From positions 1 through 64,000 of the IMG/VR virus record IMGVR_UViG_3300033997_000406: a stretch of 64,000 nt of DNA; one strand, written 5' to 3'. The stretch is from a virus. The position numbers and the translations under genes were made by a program. Positions 9,505 to 18,565 of the stretch are shown here, in pieces. Under the pieces are notes generated by a model. It was given only the letters and a program-made list of their open reading frames with translations. It did no database searches and was not told the origin of the DNA. Positions within the stretch are counted from its first letter, which is position 1; the number at the start of each line of letters is the position of its first letter.

Positions 9505-9777
9505 ATGGAAAACCAGCTAGATATACCGAACGCACATCTTTTAGATTTAGTTGTCGATGAAACAGCACAGTCAGATGTTTTTAAGTCGGTTTTGGCTAAC
9601 GATATAAATATTTGCATTAGTAGAGTAAATACCGAATTGCAAACTAAGCGTGAAGATACTGACGTTGATTTTTACCGCTCTATGCTGCGATTGATTCGCC
9701 GAATTTCAGAATCTGAAGGGTTTGACTTTATTGAGCCGCAAGCTTTAGAAAAAGTAAGTAATTCATTAATTCATTAA
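9505..9777 (+). CDS. Hypothetical protein
   Basis: ORF in operon. Confidence 0.5.
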   Translation: MENQLDIPNAHLLDLVVDETAQSDVFKSVLANDINICISRVNTELQTKREDTDVDFYRSMLRLIRRISESEGFDFIEPQALEKVSNSLIH

Positions 9778-9792
9778 CAAACAGGCACTTAT

Positions 9793-10107
9793 ATGGCAGC
9801 AGGTAAAAATTTATTGTGGTTTCTTATTGAGCTGGCCAATGCTGAGCCGTACCAAATGGAAACTGGAGAATTAGAGATATTAGGCGAAGATGAGCAAGGG
9901 CGAGAATGCACCAGCAACGTCAGCATTAACGGATTGGCGCAGGAAGCAGCAAACAGGATCAGGGCTGCAAATGAAGCCATACACTCAGCTATTGTAAATC
10001 CAGATGCAACAGCGGCCATTGCCAAGTTACGTGAATTTAGTGCAAATCAACTACGCTTAGATATGCCAGACACGCCACTCACAGAACCGACTTTAGACCA
10101 GCAATAA
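9793..10107 (+). CDS. Hypothetical phage protein
   Basis: ORF followed by terminator. Confidence 0.55.
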   Translation: MAAGKNLLWFLIELANAEPYQMETGELEILGEDEQGRECTSNVSINGLAQEAANRIRAANEAIHSAIVNPDATAAIAKLREFSANQLRLDMPDTPLTEPTLDQQ

Positions 10108-10114
10108 AACAAAC

Positions 10115-10135
10115 GCCCCGCACATGGGGCTTTTT
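10115..10135 (+). terminator. Intrinsic terminator
   Basis: GCCCCG-CACA-TGGGGC-TTTTT. Confidence 0.7.
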
Positions 10136-10246
10136 ACTACCTGCTAAACACACCCCAAAATAAGTATACATTTTTGTTTACTACCCATTGCAATGGTAAA
10201 CATTTTTGTTTACTATGTGCTTATTGAATAACGCAACGGAGGTAAG

Positions 10247-10423
10247 GTGAAGCAAAGCGAATTCAGGCGCTGGCTGGTAGCTCAAGGGGTAGAAATGAAA
10301 AATGGTAAGAAACATTTGAAACTCTACTACAACGGCCAACAGTCAACAATGCCAAGGCACCCAAGCCAAGAAATCGGGGAAGGCCTCAGAAAGGCCATAC
10401 TCAAACAGCTTGGATTAGAATAA
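10247..10423 (+). CDS. hicA: HicA toxin (58 aa, not in ORF track)
   Basis: GGAGG RBS; MKQSEFRRWLVAQGVEMKNGKKHLKLYYNGQQSTMPRHPSQEIGEGLRKAILKQLGLE; two ACATTTTTGTTTACT operator-like repeats upstream. Confidence 0.92.
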   Translation: MKQSEFRRWLVAQGVEMKNGKKHLKLYYNGQQSTMPRHPSQEIGEGLRKAILKQLGLE

Positions 10424-10476
10424 AAGTGAGCCCCTGAAATGGGGCTAGCTTTATCGCAAAGCGGAGCAACAGAACT

Positions 10477-10887
10477 ATGAAATATCCAGTAACTATACTT
10501 GAAGATGGGAACGGCTATATGGCCACATTTGCTGATATACCAGAAGCACTAACAGCTGGCGATACTTATCAGGAAGCTCTTGATAATGCAGCCGATGCAC
10601 TGGTAACAGCCTTTGAATTTTATTTTGAAGATGGAAGGAAAATACCCTTACCTGCAGAGACAAAAGCCGGTGAATTTGTCACCGTGCCGGTCAGCTTGTG
10701 GTCTAAAGTTTTACTCTTGAATGCAATGGTAGAAAACAAAGTAACTCAAGCGGCTTTGGCCGAAAAAATGGGGCTGTCAAAACAAAGCTTTCAACGTATT
10801 GTGGATGTGAGACATGCAACTAAAATTGATATGATCGACGCAGCGCTAAACGCGCTTGGAAAACGACTTGAGCTGACAGCAGCTTAA
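10477..10887 (+). CDS. hicB: HicB antitoxin
   Basis: YPVTILEDGNGYMATFADIPEALTAGDT plus C-terminal HTH. Confidence 0.93.
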   Translation: MKYPVTILEDGNGYMATFADIPEALTAGDTYQEALDNAADALVTAFEFYFEDGRKIPLPAETKAGEFVTVPVSLWSKVLLLNAMVENKVTQAALAEKMGLSKQSFQRIVDVRHATKIDMIDAALNALGKRLELTAA

Positions 10888-10922
10888 GTACAATAGCCCC
10901 GGTCGTGCCGGGGCTTCTCATT

Positions 10923-11537
10923 TTAAAACTTTATTGCCTGTACCAACCTCTCAGAATCCGACATAAACGTACTCAGATAGTGATCTGTTGACGACAAAGA
11001 CGCCTGCCCTAAACCATCCCGAACCTGATGAATAGACGCCCCATTATCAACCAAAGCCTTAGCAAACGCTTTTCTCATACTGTGCGTTGATAGTTGATAA
11101 TCCAGGCGCAACTCAGCAGCAACCGTCTTTAGTATCTGATTCACATGCTGACAAGTGTAAGGCTTGCCTGGCCGCACACTGCTTTCAAAAATAAGAGCTT
11201 TACCGTGATTCAAATGCTCTGCATCTTCAATAACCGCCTTACACTGATCCGTCAGGTAAACAGTCAATTTAGCCACCCGCTTAGCCTCTGCCTCACTCTT
11301 GCCAGCCGTTATAGATTTTGCGTAAATCTTAGACTGAATTATGATGACCGAGCTTCTAATTACACCGTTAATATACAGCTCTTTAAAGGTGAGTTTTGAT
11401 ACATCACAAAACCTTAAACCGCTCAAACAACTAAATTCCAACATCAATGCAATGATGGGGTTTTTCTGATCCACCAGCTGCAGTATTTTGCGCATTTCCC
11501 TCAAATCCTTAGGGGGATAAGCTAGTCTGCCCGACAT
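10923..11537 (-). CDS. Small tyrosine recombinase (resolvase-like, catalytic domain only)
   Basis: GLRFCDV, HSMRKAFA, LGQAS...TDHYL catalytic motifs. Confidence 0.9.
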   Translation of the reverse strand: MSGRLAYPPKDLREMRKILQLVDQKNPIIALMLEFSCLSGLRFCDVSKLTFKELYINGVIRSSVIIIQSKIYAKSITAGKSEAEAKRVAKLTVYLTDQCKAVIEDAEHLNHGKALIFESSVRPGKPYTCQHVNQILKTVAAELRLDYQLSTHSMRKAFAKALVDNGASIHQVRDGLGQASLSSTDHYLSTFMSDSERLVQAIKF

Positions 11538-11556
11538 TGTTGCTTTTCCTTATATA

Positions 11557-11886
11557 TCAATCAAATATGGCTTGAATTCTGGCAAGAATATCCACCAGCA
11601 AGTCCGGTTCCACAGCATCAGTCTTAACCGCCCTATTGGCTGCTAAGTTTATTGTAAATGGCTGCCCGCAGTTGACGATCCCTGATGTAATACTGGTAGT
11701 GAGCCCGCCGCGTGCTTCAACGAAAAAGCCATAACTTTGATGATTAATCTCCCTGTTTATGGGGCAAACGATAGCAAGCTTAGTGGATTCATTAAAAGCT
11801 GTTGCCGATACAACCAGCACATACCTGTCACCAACCAGCGACGATTCACCTTGCTGGGGCACCCTATAAATATCACCTTGCTTCAC
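11557..11886 (-). CDS. PemK/MazF-family toxin
   Basis: QGDIY...R.VLVVS...FN..TKLAIVCPI. Confidence 0.88.
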   Translation of the reverse strand: MKQGDIYRVPQQGESSLVGDRYVLVVSATAFNESTKLAIVCPINREINHQSYGFFVEARGGLTTSITSGIVNCGQPFTINLAANRAVKTDAVEPDLLVDILARIQAIFD

Positions 11887-12125
11887 GGCTTAATCTCCAC
11901 TGACTGAGCAACTTCCCAACCTTCAACGCGAGGCAGGCAGCCTGACATTTCAGCAATAAGATCATCCAACTTATAGCGAGGTCTACTTTTCGCCTCAACG
12001 GTCATTTTTGCACCATCCAGCTGCAACTTCACCTTGGAGCCATCACCAAGGGAGTTCTGATCAATAAAAGCCTTTGGGACAGTCATCACTAACGAACCGC
12101 CAGCCTTTCTTAATGTTTGCCACAT
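11883..12125 (-). CDS. AbrB/MazE (PemI)-family antitoxin
   Basis: LRKAGGSLVMTVPK...RPRYKLDDLIAE. Confidence 0.9.
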   Translation of the reverse strand: MWQTLRKAGGSLVMTVPKAFIDQNSLGDGSKVKLQLDGAKMTVEAKSRPRYKLDDLIAEMSGCLPRVEGWEVAQSVEIKP

Positions 12126-12147
12126 GCGAACCTCCTATTAATTTCAA

Positions 12148-12188
12148 ATCCTACTCTAGTATAACATCATGTTTTACTCAAGTAGGAT
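12148..12188. promoter_or_regulatory. 41-bp imperfect palindrome (TA operator or recombination site)
   Basis: ATCCTACTCTAGTATAACAT-C-ATGTTTTACTCAAGTAGGAT upstream of the antitoxin gene. Confidence 0.5.
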
Positions 12189-12480
12189 ATTTTAGGGTAA
12201 ACGAAAATTACAGGTAGCAACCCCCTTTTCAGTGCGATTTTCCTGCTGTTGCCATACGCTACAAACAAAAAAGAGCAAGTGCGTAAGTCATTGTTTTTAT
12301 TCTGTTTATTTTGCCTATTTGCCGATTTAAACAACCCCTACCACTTTCAAGAATGCGTATTCTTGAAAGTGACGGGGCGTTTTGGTGAATTCTGCATGAC
12401 TAAGCCCCTGCAAAACTTAAAGCAGGAGCGTAGCGGCGCGTTTTTAAAAGTGGTTTTTATGGGGTAGGGGGCCGAGCAGT

Positions 12481-13089
12481 TTAGGCAGATATTTTTCTGG
12501 ACAGTCTTTCTTTCAGGTAATGAGCATCTAGCATCATCGACCACACACCAAGCATAATTAAGTTGTGACTCGCTACCTCAAAACTCTCATACTTTCTATA
12601 GAAAAAAGGTGGACCCACAAATAAGTTATGATCAAAGTGATAAAGAGCCACCTCACATAAAGCGATGAAAAAAGGCACTGTAGATAAAATCAGTATGGCT
12701 GACACAGCTATGGATTGAGGAATAAATGCTCTACGAATGTCAGCCCTGGCTAACTGCAGCAAGAAACCCGAACAGTGAAACTTAAACAGCAAGTAACTGA
12801 ACAATACATAGTTAAATACTTCCAGCGTCAACACGTAAGGTGCAGCCTCAAAGTTCCAACCAATGAAATAATAAACTAATCTATGTGATAAAAACTTGAC
12901 CAAGAAAAATACTGCAAGAATCCACAATGAAGGCTGTATCTCACCGCGTTTTAAATTGGCAAGAATCACATAAATAAATATACCAAGAGTAATAATAGTG
13001 CCTACTGACTTTTCAAAGGTGAAATAATAGTAGGCCCACATTGAAAACATAAATGCCAGTATGTGAACTGGCACCATTAGATTCTTCAT
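12481..13089 (-). CDS. Polytopic membrane protein (~6 TM), unknown function
   Basis: Multiple hydrophobic segments, AT-rich; AAGGAAGGA RBS. Confidence 0.75.
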   Translation of the reverse strand: MKNLMVPVHILAFMFSMWAYYYFTFEKSVGTIITLGIFIYVILANLKRGEIQPSLWILAVFFLVKFLSHRLVYYFIGWNFEAAPYVLTLEVFNYVLFSYLLFKFHCSGFLLQLARADIRRAFIPQSIAVSAILILSTVPFFIALCEVALYHFDHNLFVGPPFFYRKYESFEVASHNLIMLGVWSMMLDAHYLKERLSRKISA

Positions 13090-13120
13090 AAAAAATTAAT
13101 CCTTCCTTGGAAGCGTAAAA

Positions 13121-13360
13121 TTAATTCTCGTTTGTTGGCCATGGCGGCAAAGTATTGCCCATGGTTTTAACTTCACCGCCACTTAAGGCCAAAGCCTCAG
13201 GTGATAAAGTAACAGTGTCTGCCTGAGTGGCAATCGCAGTCTCACCGCTTTTATTCTCCGGCTTTACTGCTGTAGCTGTTGGTGCAGCCGTGCCAGGCTT
13301 TACTTCCGCTTGGACGGACTGATAAGCCGCCGCGCCGTTATTTGTCACTTGCATTTTCAT
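13121..13360 (-). CDS. Small low-complexity protein / putative secreted peptide precursor
   Basis: Ala/Thr-rich N-terminus, DTVTLSPEALALSGG motif, C-terminal MGNTLPPWPTNEN; GGAG RBS. Confidence 0.7.
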   Translation of the reverse strand: MKMQVTNNGAAAYQSVQAEVKPGTAAPTATAVKPENKSGETAIATQADTVTLSPEALALSGGEVKTMGNTLPPWPTNEN

Positions 13361-13628
13361 CTCTCCGTCTTTGCCGCCAGGCCTTGCTGGCTGAATATAA
13401 AAACTCTCTCGGTATTAGGAGCTTGATAATAAGATAAAGTGACGGCTTTGTAACGGTTATCCACTTCTTGCAAAACTGCAGTGAAGGATCAGCTTCGTTT
13501 TTCTCAACACGATAAATATGAGACTTAGCGCAACCAATTTTCGCAGCAAGCTGAGTAGCAGATAAACCAGCCTTCTCACGCATATCCCTAAAAATATCTC
13601 CTGGTGTACATCCGCTCTCTTCGGTCAA
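13338..13628 (-). CDS. XRE-family HTH regulator
   Basis: REKAGLSATQLAAKIGCAKSHIYRVEKNEADPS. Confidence 0.88.
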   Translation of the reverse strand: MTEESGCTPGDIFRDMREKAGLSATQLAAKIGCAKSHIYRVEKNEADPSLQFCKKWITVTKPSLYLIIKLLIPREFLYSASKAWRQRRRDENASDK

Positions 13629-13664
13629 AACACTATCTCACTGCTTACAAATTAGGCTAAAGCT

Positions 13665-13716
13665 CTGTTTTATATTCAAATATAAAGAAATATCAAGAAT
13701 TCGTAATATAAAACAG
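13665..13716. promoter_or_regulatory. 12-bp inverted repeat overlapping a minus-strand promoter
   Basis: CTGTTTTATATT-N28-AATATAAAACAG overlapping TTGATA-16-TATAAA (minus). Confidence 0.5.
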
Positions 13717-13816
13717 TGCGTTATTTGAACAACGTCTCTTTTTTGGGACGGCCCAAACTATACAATAGTCCTGGCATTTGAGCAGCAGTAATCTGGTTAT
13801 TTTTTACCGTAACCAC

Positions 13817-13833
13817 TTTATCCTAACAGACAT
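13817..13833 (+). promoter_or_regulatory. 17-bp repeated operator upstream of c1 operon
   Basis: TTTATCCTAACAGACAT. Confidence 0.6.
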
Positions 13834-13931
13834 TACTGCTGGCTGAACAAAATATGGACTTAATGATTTAATTAGCAAGGTATTATTTATTAGCTTATTA
13901 ATCATTATTAATTTGTGTGTTATTATCTTAG

Positions 13932-14243
13932 TTGAGGTTAGTAGTGAATAGTGCATACGCAGGTTTTAAAACGGAATTTCATCAGTTTGTAAGTGATTTA
14001 TTGGTTGTTGACGCATTAAAAGACGCCTCTCTAGGCCTTTCAACAGCTGAAGTCGCTGAGTGCTTATCTACAATAGAAAGTGACACCATTGATAGTAATG
14101 GCTTGCTTTCCAGCGCAGTGAATACGTTGAGGAACCTGTTACCAGACCACTTGAGGGAGTGGCCTTGTGCATCTGAATTCATTGCTACCCTTATAATCCC
14201 TCGCGCTCGTGCGGTTCTGTGCGTGGAGGGTATTGCAGATTAG
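13932..14243 (+). CDS. Hypothetical protein at the coi (C1 inactivator) position
   Basis: Acidic small ORF immediately upstream of c1-like gene; positional only, start uncertain. Confidence 0.4.
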   Translation: MRLVVNSAYAGFKTEFHQFVSDLLVVDALKDASLGLSTAEVAECLSTIESDTIDSNGLLSSAVNTLRNLLPDHLREWPCASEFIATLIIPRARAVLCVEGIAD

Positions 14244-14262
14244 GAGATAATCAGGGGGCAAC

Positions 14263-15069
14263 TTGGCTAAGATCACTCTAAAAGAGCTGACTGAAACACG
14301 TAATTTGTATGATCAGGTGATTAACGACCTGAAAGTCAGATTTAAAGACAATCTCATTTATCAAGAAACGACTTCAACGGGCGCTACGCGGCGGCCGTTG
14401 TTTTATGTTGCCTCTCAAAAGCAGCTGGATGATGTAAAATCCACAATTCACCGGCTGCAACAGCTCGCTAATGAAATCCGCACCCTTGCAGGCAGTGACG
14501 TTCGCCTGAATATGCCTATCCTTGAAGAGGGTGTGCTGCTTTATCGAATCTGGCTAAATACGGCACACGCCAGCTCAAGCTCAAGCACAACTACTCGCGT
14601 TGAAATCATTGAGCGCATCAAAAGACGTATAGAGTCTGTTGAACGCTACGGCGATTCACCAACCCATACAGCCCTTATGGAGCAGCTGCAGAAAGAACTT
14701 AGGTTCTTTGAAAATGAGACTGAAGTTAGTTACCGCTCTCGTTCTATGGGACACCCAGTTACCACTGTTGGTATATCCAAAATCCACGGAATAGATGGTA
14801 AACAACTACTGAACGATGCAGGCATGTACATTGTTGGCACTGACTTTGAAGTACCTCGCGGTGAAACACCCGATAGTAAGAATAAAAAGCAGCGCAAAAA
14901 GCGGGTAAACATCTTTGACGAACTAACGCCTGTCGAGTACAGCGGATCGACAGCATTGCTTTACAGAGAAAGCGAAGTGGAGGCCCGTAAACAAGCAATC
15001 GGCTTTACGGCGGAAAAACAGAAGCAGGTCGTTGCAGAAAACCGCACCAGCAAAAAGAAGCGCGATTAG
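14263..15069 (+). CDS. c1: Primary repressor, P1 C1-like
   Basis: Collinear similarity to recalled P1 C1 (GATRRPLFYV; YRSRSMGHPVT; IFDELTP...LLYRESEVEARK; basic tail); convergent with pacB as in P1. Confidence 0.7.
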   Translation: MAKITLKELTETRNLYDQVINDLKVRFKDNLIYQETTSTGATRRPLFYVASQKQLDDVKSTIHRLQQLANEIRTLAGSDVRLNMPILEEGVLLYRIWLNTAHASSSSSTTTRVEIIERIKRRIESVERYGDSPTHTALMEQLQKELRFFENETEVSYRSRSMGHPVTTVGISKIHGIDGKQLLNDAGMYIVGTDFEVPRGETPDSKNKKQRKKRVNIFDELTPVEYSGSTALLYRESEVEARKQAIGFTAEKQKQVVAENRTSKKKRD

Positions 15070-15683
15070 CCATCTAACGCGCTCTGAAATTGCGGTCGAC
15101 TGTATAAGCGGGCCAGATACAGCCTTAGTGGCTTTAAGGCCCGCGCTTTTGATTCAACCCCTATATCAGGCAGACGCCACATTAAAGCCGCTATAAAGCA
15201 ATCCAATGCACTGACTTCATCTGACAGCATATAACGCTGCTCACCTAATGCTGAGGCTAATTCGGTCATTGCATCCACCAGCTGCCGCCTGGCCTGTGCC
15301 GCCCCTTTGCCTTTGGCCAACACTTCCTCAGCTGCAGGGATAAATATGTGCTGAAACCGGTGCAACATCAGTTTGATTGTAGCCTTAGCACCAGCACCTT
15401 TTGTAACGGGACCAGGCAAATACAAACTAGGCTCCGGATAGCGCTCATCCAGATAATCCGCAATAATCAGCGCATCAAACAGCATGGCGTCATTTCTGAC
15501 ACTCAGCATAGGTAGTTCACGGGTAGGGTTAAAGCTCAGCAGCTCAGCAGGTAATCGGCCGGGCTCCATTGGCACCAGCCTGTAAGTTAGTCCTTTTTCC
15601 CTCAGCATCAGCCGGATAGCATGACTTCGGATACAGCCAGCGTCATAAATGGCGATGGGTGATTTATCATAGATTTTAGCCAC
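15066..15683 (-). CDS. sspA: Stringent starvation protein A homolog (GST fold)
   Basis: RSHAIRLMLREKG, NPTRELPML, IIADYLDERYPEPSL, SDEVSALDCFIAALMWRLP, RLYSRPQFQSAL; AGGAG RBS. Confidence 0.88.
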   Translation of the reverse strand: MAKIYDKSPIAIYDAGCIRSHAIRLMLREKGLTYRLVPMEPGRLPAELLSFNPTRELPMLSVRNDAMLFDALIIADYLDERYPEPSLYLPGPVTKGAGAKATIKLMLHRFQHIFIPAAEEVLAKGKGAAQARRQLVDAMTELASALGEQRYMLSDEVSALDCFIAALMWRLPDIGVESKARALKPLRLYLARLYSRPQFQSALDG

Positions 15684-15697
15684 TTTGTATACTCCTG

Positions 15698-17218
15698 TTA
15701 GCTATCAAGCCAGTCGGCCATTTCATCGGCTGCAGTGTCGTGATCTGCATGATCCGATTCGTAGTTATGCGGTACATAGTCAATCAACTGAGTGAAACAG
15801 TACGTGTCAGAGCGGTCAGGCGAGGGGATTTGCAATTTTGTGCGCATGATTTCTTTTTTCATCATCAACCACAGGCCCGATTCATTCATGGACACAGGCA
15901 GCTTAGAAAACTGGTCTATTGTTTTGTTATCGCTATCCAGGCCCATACGTCCCGTCAGAATTGCTGCCTGAGTGTATATGTGCGCCATTGCCCGAAGGTT
16001 AACGAATCTACGCTTAGCCGCTGGCATTTTTGGCGGGAAACCCCACCGAATACGGATAACGGTAAAATCGGGCGCCAGCTCGGACACATGGCTATGCACT
16101 TGATGGCCAGCACCATCGCCGTCTATCGCTATGGTGATATTTGGGTATTGGCCACTACAGCACTCGGCAACAATGCGGCGGCAGAACACGGCCGGATCAA
16201 TATCAGCTGGCATTTCCAGCAGCCGGTGATTGACGACAACCCGCTCTGGCCCAATTGGTCCTGATACCCGGCTAATGTTTATGACAGACCTGTCACGACC
16301 ACCACCAACGTCTATCGTTGCCACCCACCCCCAATCAGCGCCAAGCTTCTGTGCAACAGCGCGTCTGGCTGCTGCAGTAGCTGCCGCTTGAACATCATCA
16401 CGGCCAAGCAGGTAGGCCGACATATTGCGAGGGAAGCAACCCAGTACTTTGATTTGAAACTCAGGACTATCGAACCCGCCATACTCTTTGAGCTTGTCGA
16501 TAATGAATTGCTTGGTGACGTGCTTAGACAGGGCAGAGGACATCGTAATAGAGTGCCAGGTGCCATCTGCTGACATCTTAATGCTAAGGTCATGGTGCGT
16601 TCGGTAAAAGTAACCACCTACACGGGTAGGCTGTGACAGCAGTAGTACTCGGTTATCTTCTGATGTTTGGGCGCCCATGATGACGCCAAACGCTCTGTCG
16701 TTAACACCTGAGGCCTCATCGACAATGGTAAGCATGTGGTCGGCGTGTTCACCGGCTAATGACTCTTCCTGATTTAAGCGGAAGCCTTTAGGGCTGACAT
16801 ACCAGATACCTTTACTGGTACGTTCAAAGAAACTGCTCTCAGTCAGTACAAAATAGTTGGCTATCCAGGGGAACCGGCGCTGCAGTGCCTTAAAGTGTAT
16901 TTTTAGGTTTTTCCAGACCGCATCCATGACCTGGCGTATTTTGTTGGCGATGATGACAACCCGCCCCCCAGGGTGCAGAATCATAAATATGATAATCATC
17001 GCAGCGGTAAGGAAAGACTTGCCGGTACCATGGCCAGAACTGACTGAGGTTCTGCTACCGACCTTACTCACGTTATCCAGCACTTCGCGCTGCTGGAAAT
17101 CTGTCTCAATACCTAATAGTTCAGCACAAGCCAAGTCCCAATCGGCATCGTATCTTCTTATTAGGTCGAGGTAGCGAGGATCACTGACGATACTCAGGAT
17201 GCGCTTTTTGCCACTCAC
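15698..17218 (-). CDS. pacB: Terminase large subunit
   Basis: SGHGTGKS Walker A, IVDEASG, ID.GGGRD, SPDRSD nuclease motifs. Confidence 0.92.
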   Translation of the reverse strand: MSGKKRILSIVSDPRYLDLIRRYDADWDLACAELLGIETDFQQREVLDNVSKVGSRTSVSSGHGTGKSFLTAAMIIIFMILHPGGRVVIIANKIRQVMDAVWKNLKIHFKALQRRFPWIANYFVLTESSFFERTSKGIWYVSPKGFRLNQEESLAGEHADHMLTIVDEASGVNDRAFGVIMGAQTSEDNRVLLLSQPTRVGGYFYRTHHDLSIKMSADGTWHSITMSSALSKHVTKQFIIDKLKEYGGFDSPEFQIKVLGCFPRNMSAYLLGRDDVQAAATAAARRAVAQKLGADWGWVATIDVGGGRDRSVINISRVSGPIGPERVVVNHRLLEMPADIDPAVFCRRIVAECCSGQYPNITIAIDGDGAGHQVHSHVSELAPDFTVIRIRWGFPPKMPAAKRRFVNLRAMAHIYTQAAILTGRMGLDSDNKTIDQFSKLPVSMNESGLWLMMKKEIMRTKLQIPSPDRSDTYCFTQLIDYVPHNYESDHADHDTAADEMADWLDS

Positions 17219-18348
17219 TCGGATTCACCGCCATCAGTGAATAGCTCGCTGTCGTCGCTGATAGTTTCCTTAACCTCACCAACCTGACCGCTTTCCTCAA
17301 GGATTTGCTTAAGCCAGCCCTCTCGCTCTTTCCTAAAACTCTCATCTTCTTGTTGGCGATTTTTCTTCGCTGTGGCTCTGGCCTCTGCCAGTTCTTCCTC
17401 AGTAACGCCGTTTTCATCCGGTTCTGGCTCAGCTGTCTTAATCTCTTTTTCCGCTTCCATCAGCAGTAGTTTTGGCGGCTCTATACCTTTGGACGCAAAC
17501 AGGTGACAGGTATCAACGGCTGTTAAATTCTCCTGGCTTCGCTGCATCAATATGGCGGCTGTTAACTCAACCACTTCTGATTTAGTCATAGCGCTGATGT
17601 CGCGGCGGTTCTTCTCAATAGATACTGTCTTTTCCTCTACCAGTACCAGCTGACTCATTAGTCGGCTAAATGGCTCAATACCGGAATACTCCACTGACTC
17701 CATTGCTTCAATCAGAGTCATTGGCTCCTGGCGCTCTTCACCATCAGGGCCGATATAAGTCCGGGTTAACTTATTTCCCTTCTCATACATATCAGCAATG
17801 CCATTCATCCGATCACGGCGAATGCGGCTCATGCCTAATATTCTGGTCTTTAAAATCCGGCCCATATCGGATAGGTCTAAATCGTCCGGCTCCATTTCAA
17901 GATCCAGAGACGACATAACAGAGCTATAGCCGCCGTGCTTCATTGCTGCGGTATTGCCTTTCGTAAACGTGCGGGTTCCGTTCGGTCTTGTTTCCACATT
18001 GGGGCGGCTATTGATCGTAATATTCGTTTTTGGTATTTGCGTCGTCTTTTGGCTCCCCACCTTTGCAGTGGTGCGGCGCGCATCTGTGTGCGTGACCTGA
18101 TCAGGTGCCTTGCTTTTTGTTTCCTTTTTGGGTTTATCTAATGCAGCCTTTGTGGTTGGCTTTGTCTTTTTGTCTGCTTTTTTCGGTGGGGTTTCTTGCG
18201 ATTTAGATTGGCTATAAGTTGCCAGCTCACGCCTGAAACTGTTTGGATTCAGGCCGTTGCTCTCGCAATAGTCGCGGCGAGCAGCTGCAGAAGTATCCTG
18301 TAAACTCAGGAATTCAGCACAGTGCTTTTGCCAGTCGATTTTTGCCAA
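17215..18348 (-). CDS. pacA: Terminase small subunit
   Basis: N-terminal HTH, GNTAAMKHGGYS motif, overlaps pacB start. Confidence 0.85.
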   Translation of the reverse strand: MAKIDWQKHCAEFLSLQDTSAAARRDYCESNGLNPNSFRRELATYSQSKSQETPPKKADKKTKPTTKAALDKPKKETKSKAPDQVTHTDARRTTAKVGSQKTTQIPKTNITINSRPNVETRPNGTRTFTKGNTAAMKHGGYSSVMSSLDLEMEPDDLDLSDMGRILKTRILGMSRIRRDRMNGIADMYEKGNKLTRTYIGPDGEERQEPMTLIEAMESVEYSGIEPFSRLMSQLVLVEEKTVSIEKNRRDISAMTKSEVVELTAAILMQRSQENLTAVDTCHLFASKGIEPPKLLLMEAEKEIKTAEPEPDENGVTEEELAEARATAKKNRQQEDESFRKEREGWLKQILEESGQVGEVKETISDDSELFTDGGESE

Positions 18349-18353
18349 AGTTA

Positions 18354-18370
18354 TTTATCCTAACAGTTAA
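18354..18370 (+). promoter_or_regulatory. 17-bp repeated operator overlapping pacA RBS
   Basis: TTTATCCTAACAGTTAA. Confidence 0.65.
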
Positions 18371-18396
18371 CATCAGATATTTTGGCAGATGATAAC

Positions 18397-18556
18397 TGAT
18401 CAGCTCAACCTGATCACTGATCAATTTACTATTGAGCGCTAAACTGATCAGTTAGGCTGTGATCAAACGGCGGGCTATTTATTGATTACGCTAAGGATTG
18501 GTGCGGCTTCTGGCGTGATCAGAGCTACTGATCACGCCGCAAATAGATGTTGATCA
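18397..18556. repeat. Putative pac site: eight TGATCA hexamers (5+3)
   Basis: TGATCA at 18397, 18411, 18418, 18445, 18460, 18516, 18529, 18551; P1 pac uses clustered Dam-methylatable TGATCA/G hexamers. Confidence 0.8.
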
Positions 18557-18565
18557 GATACGCAA

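Noticed and set aside
12249-12544. ORFs 12249-12467 and 12347-12544
   Set aside because: No convincing RBS or protein-like composition; likely non-coding
18397-18556. TGATCA repeats as a CRISPR-like or guide array
   Set aside because: Hexamers with irregular spacing and no cas genes; they match pac architecture
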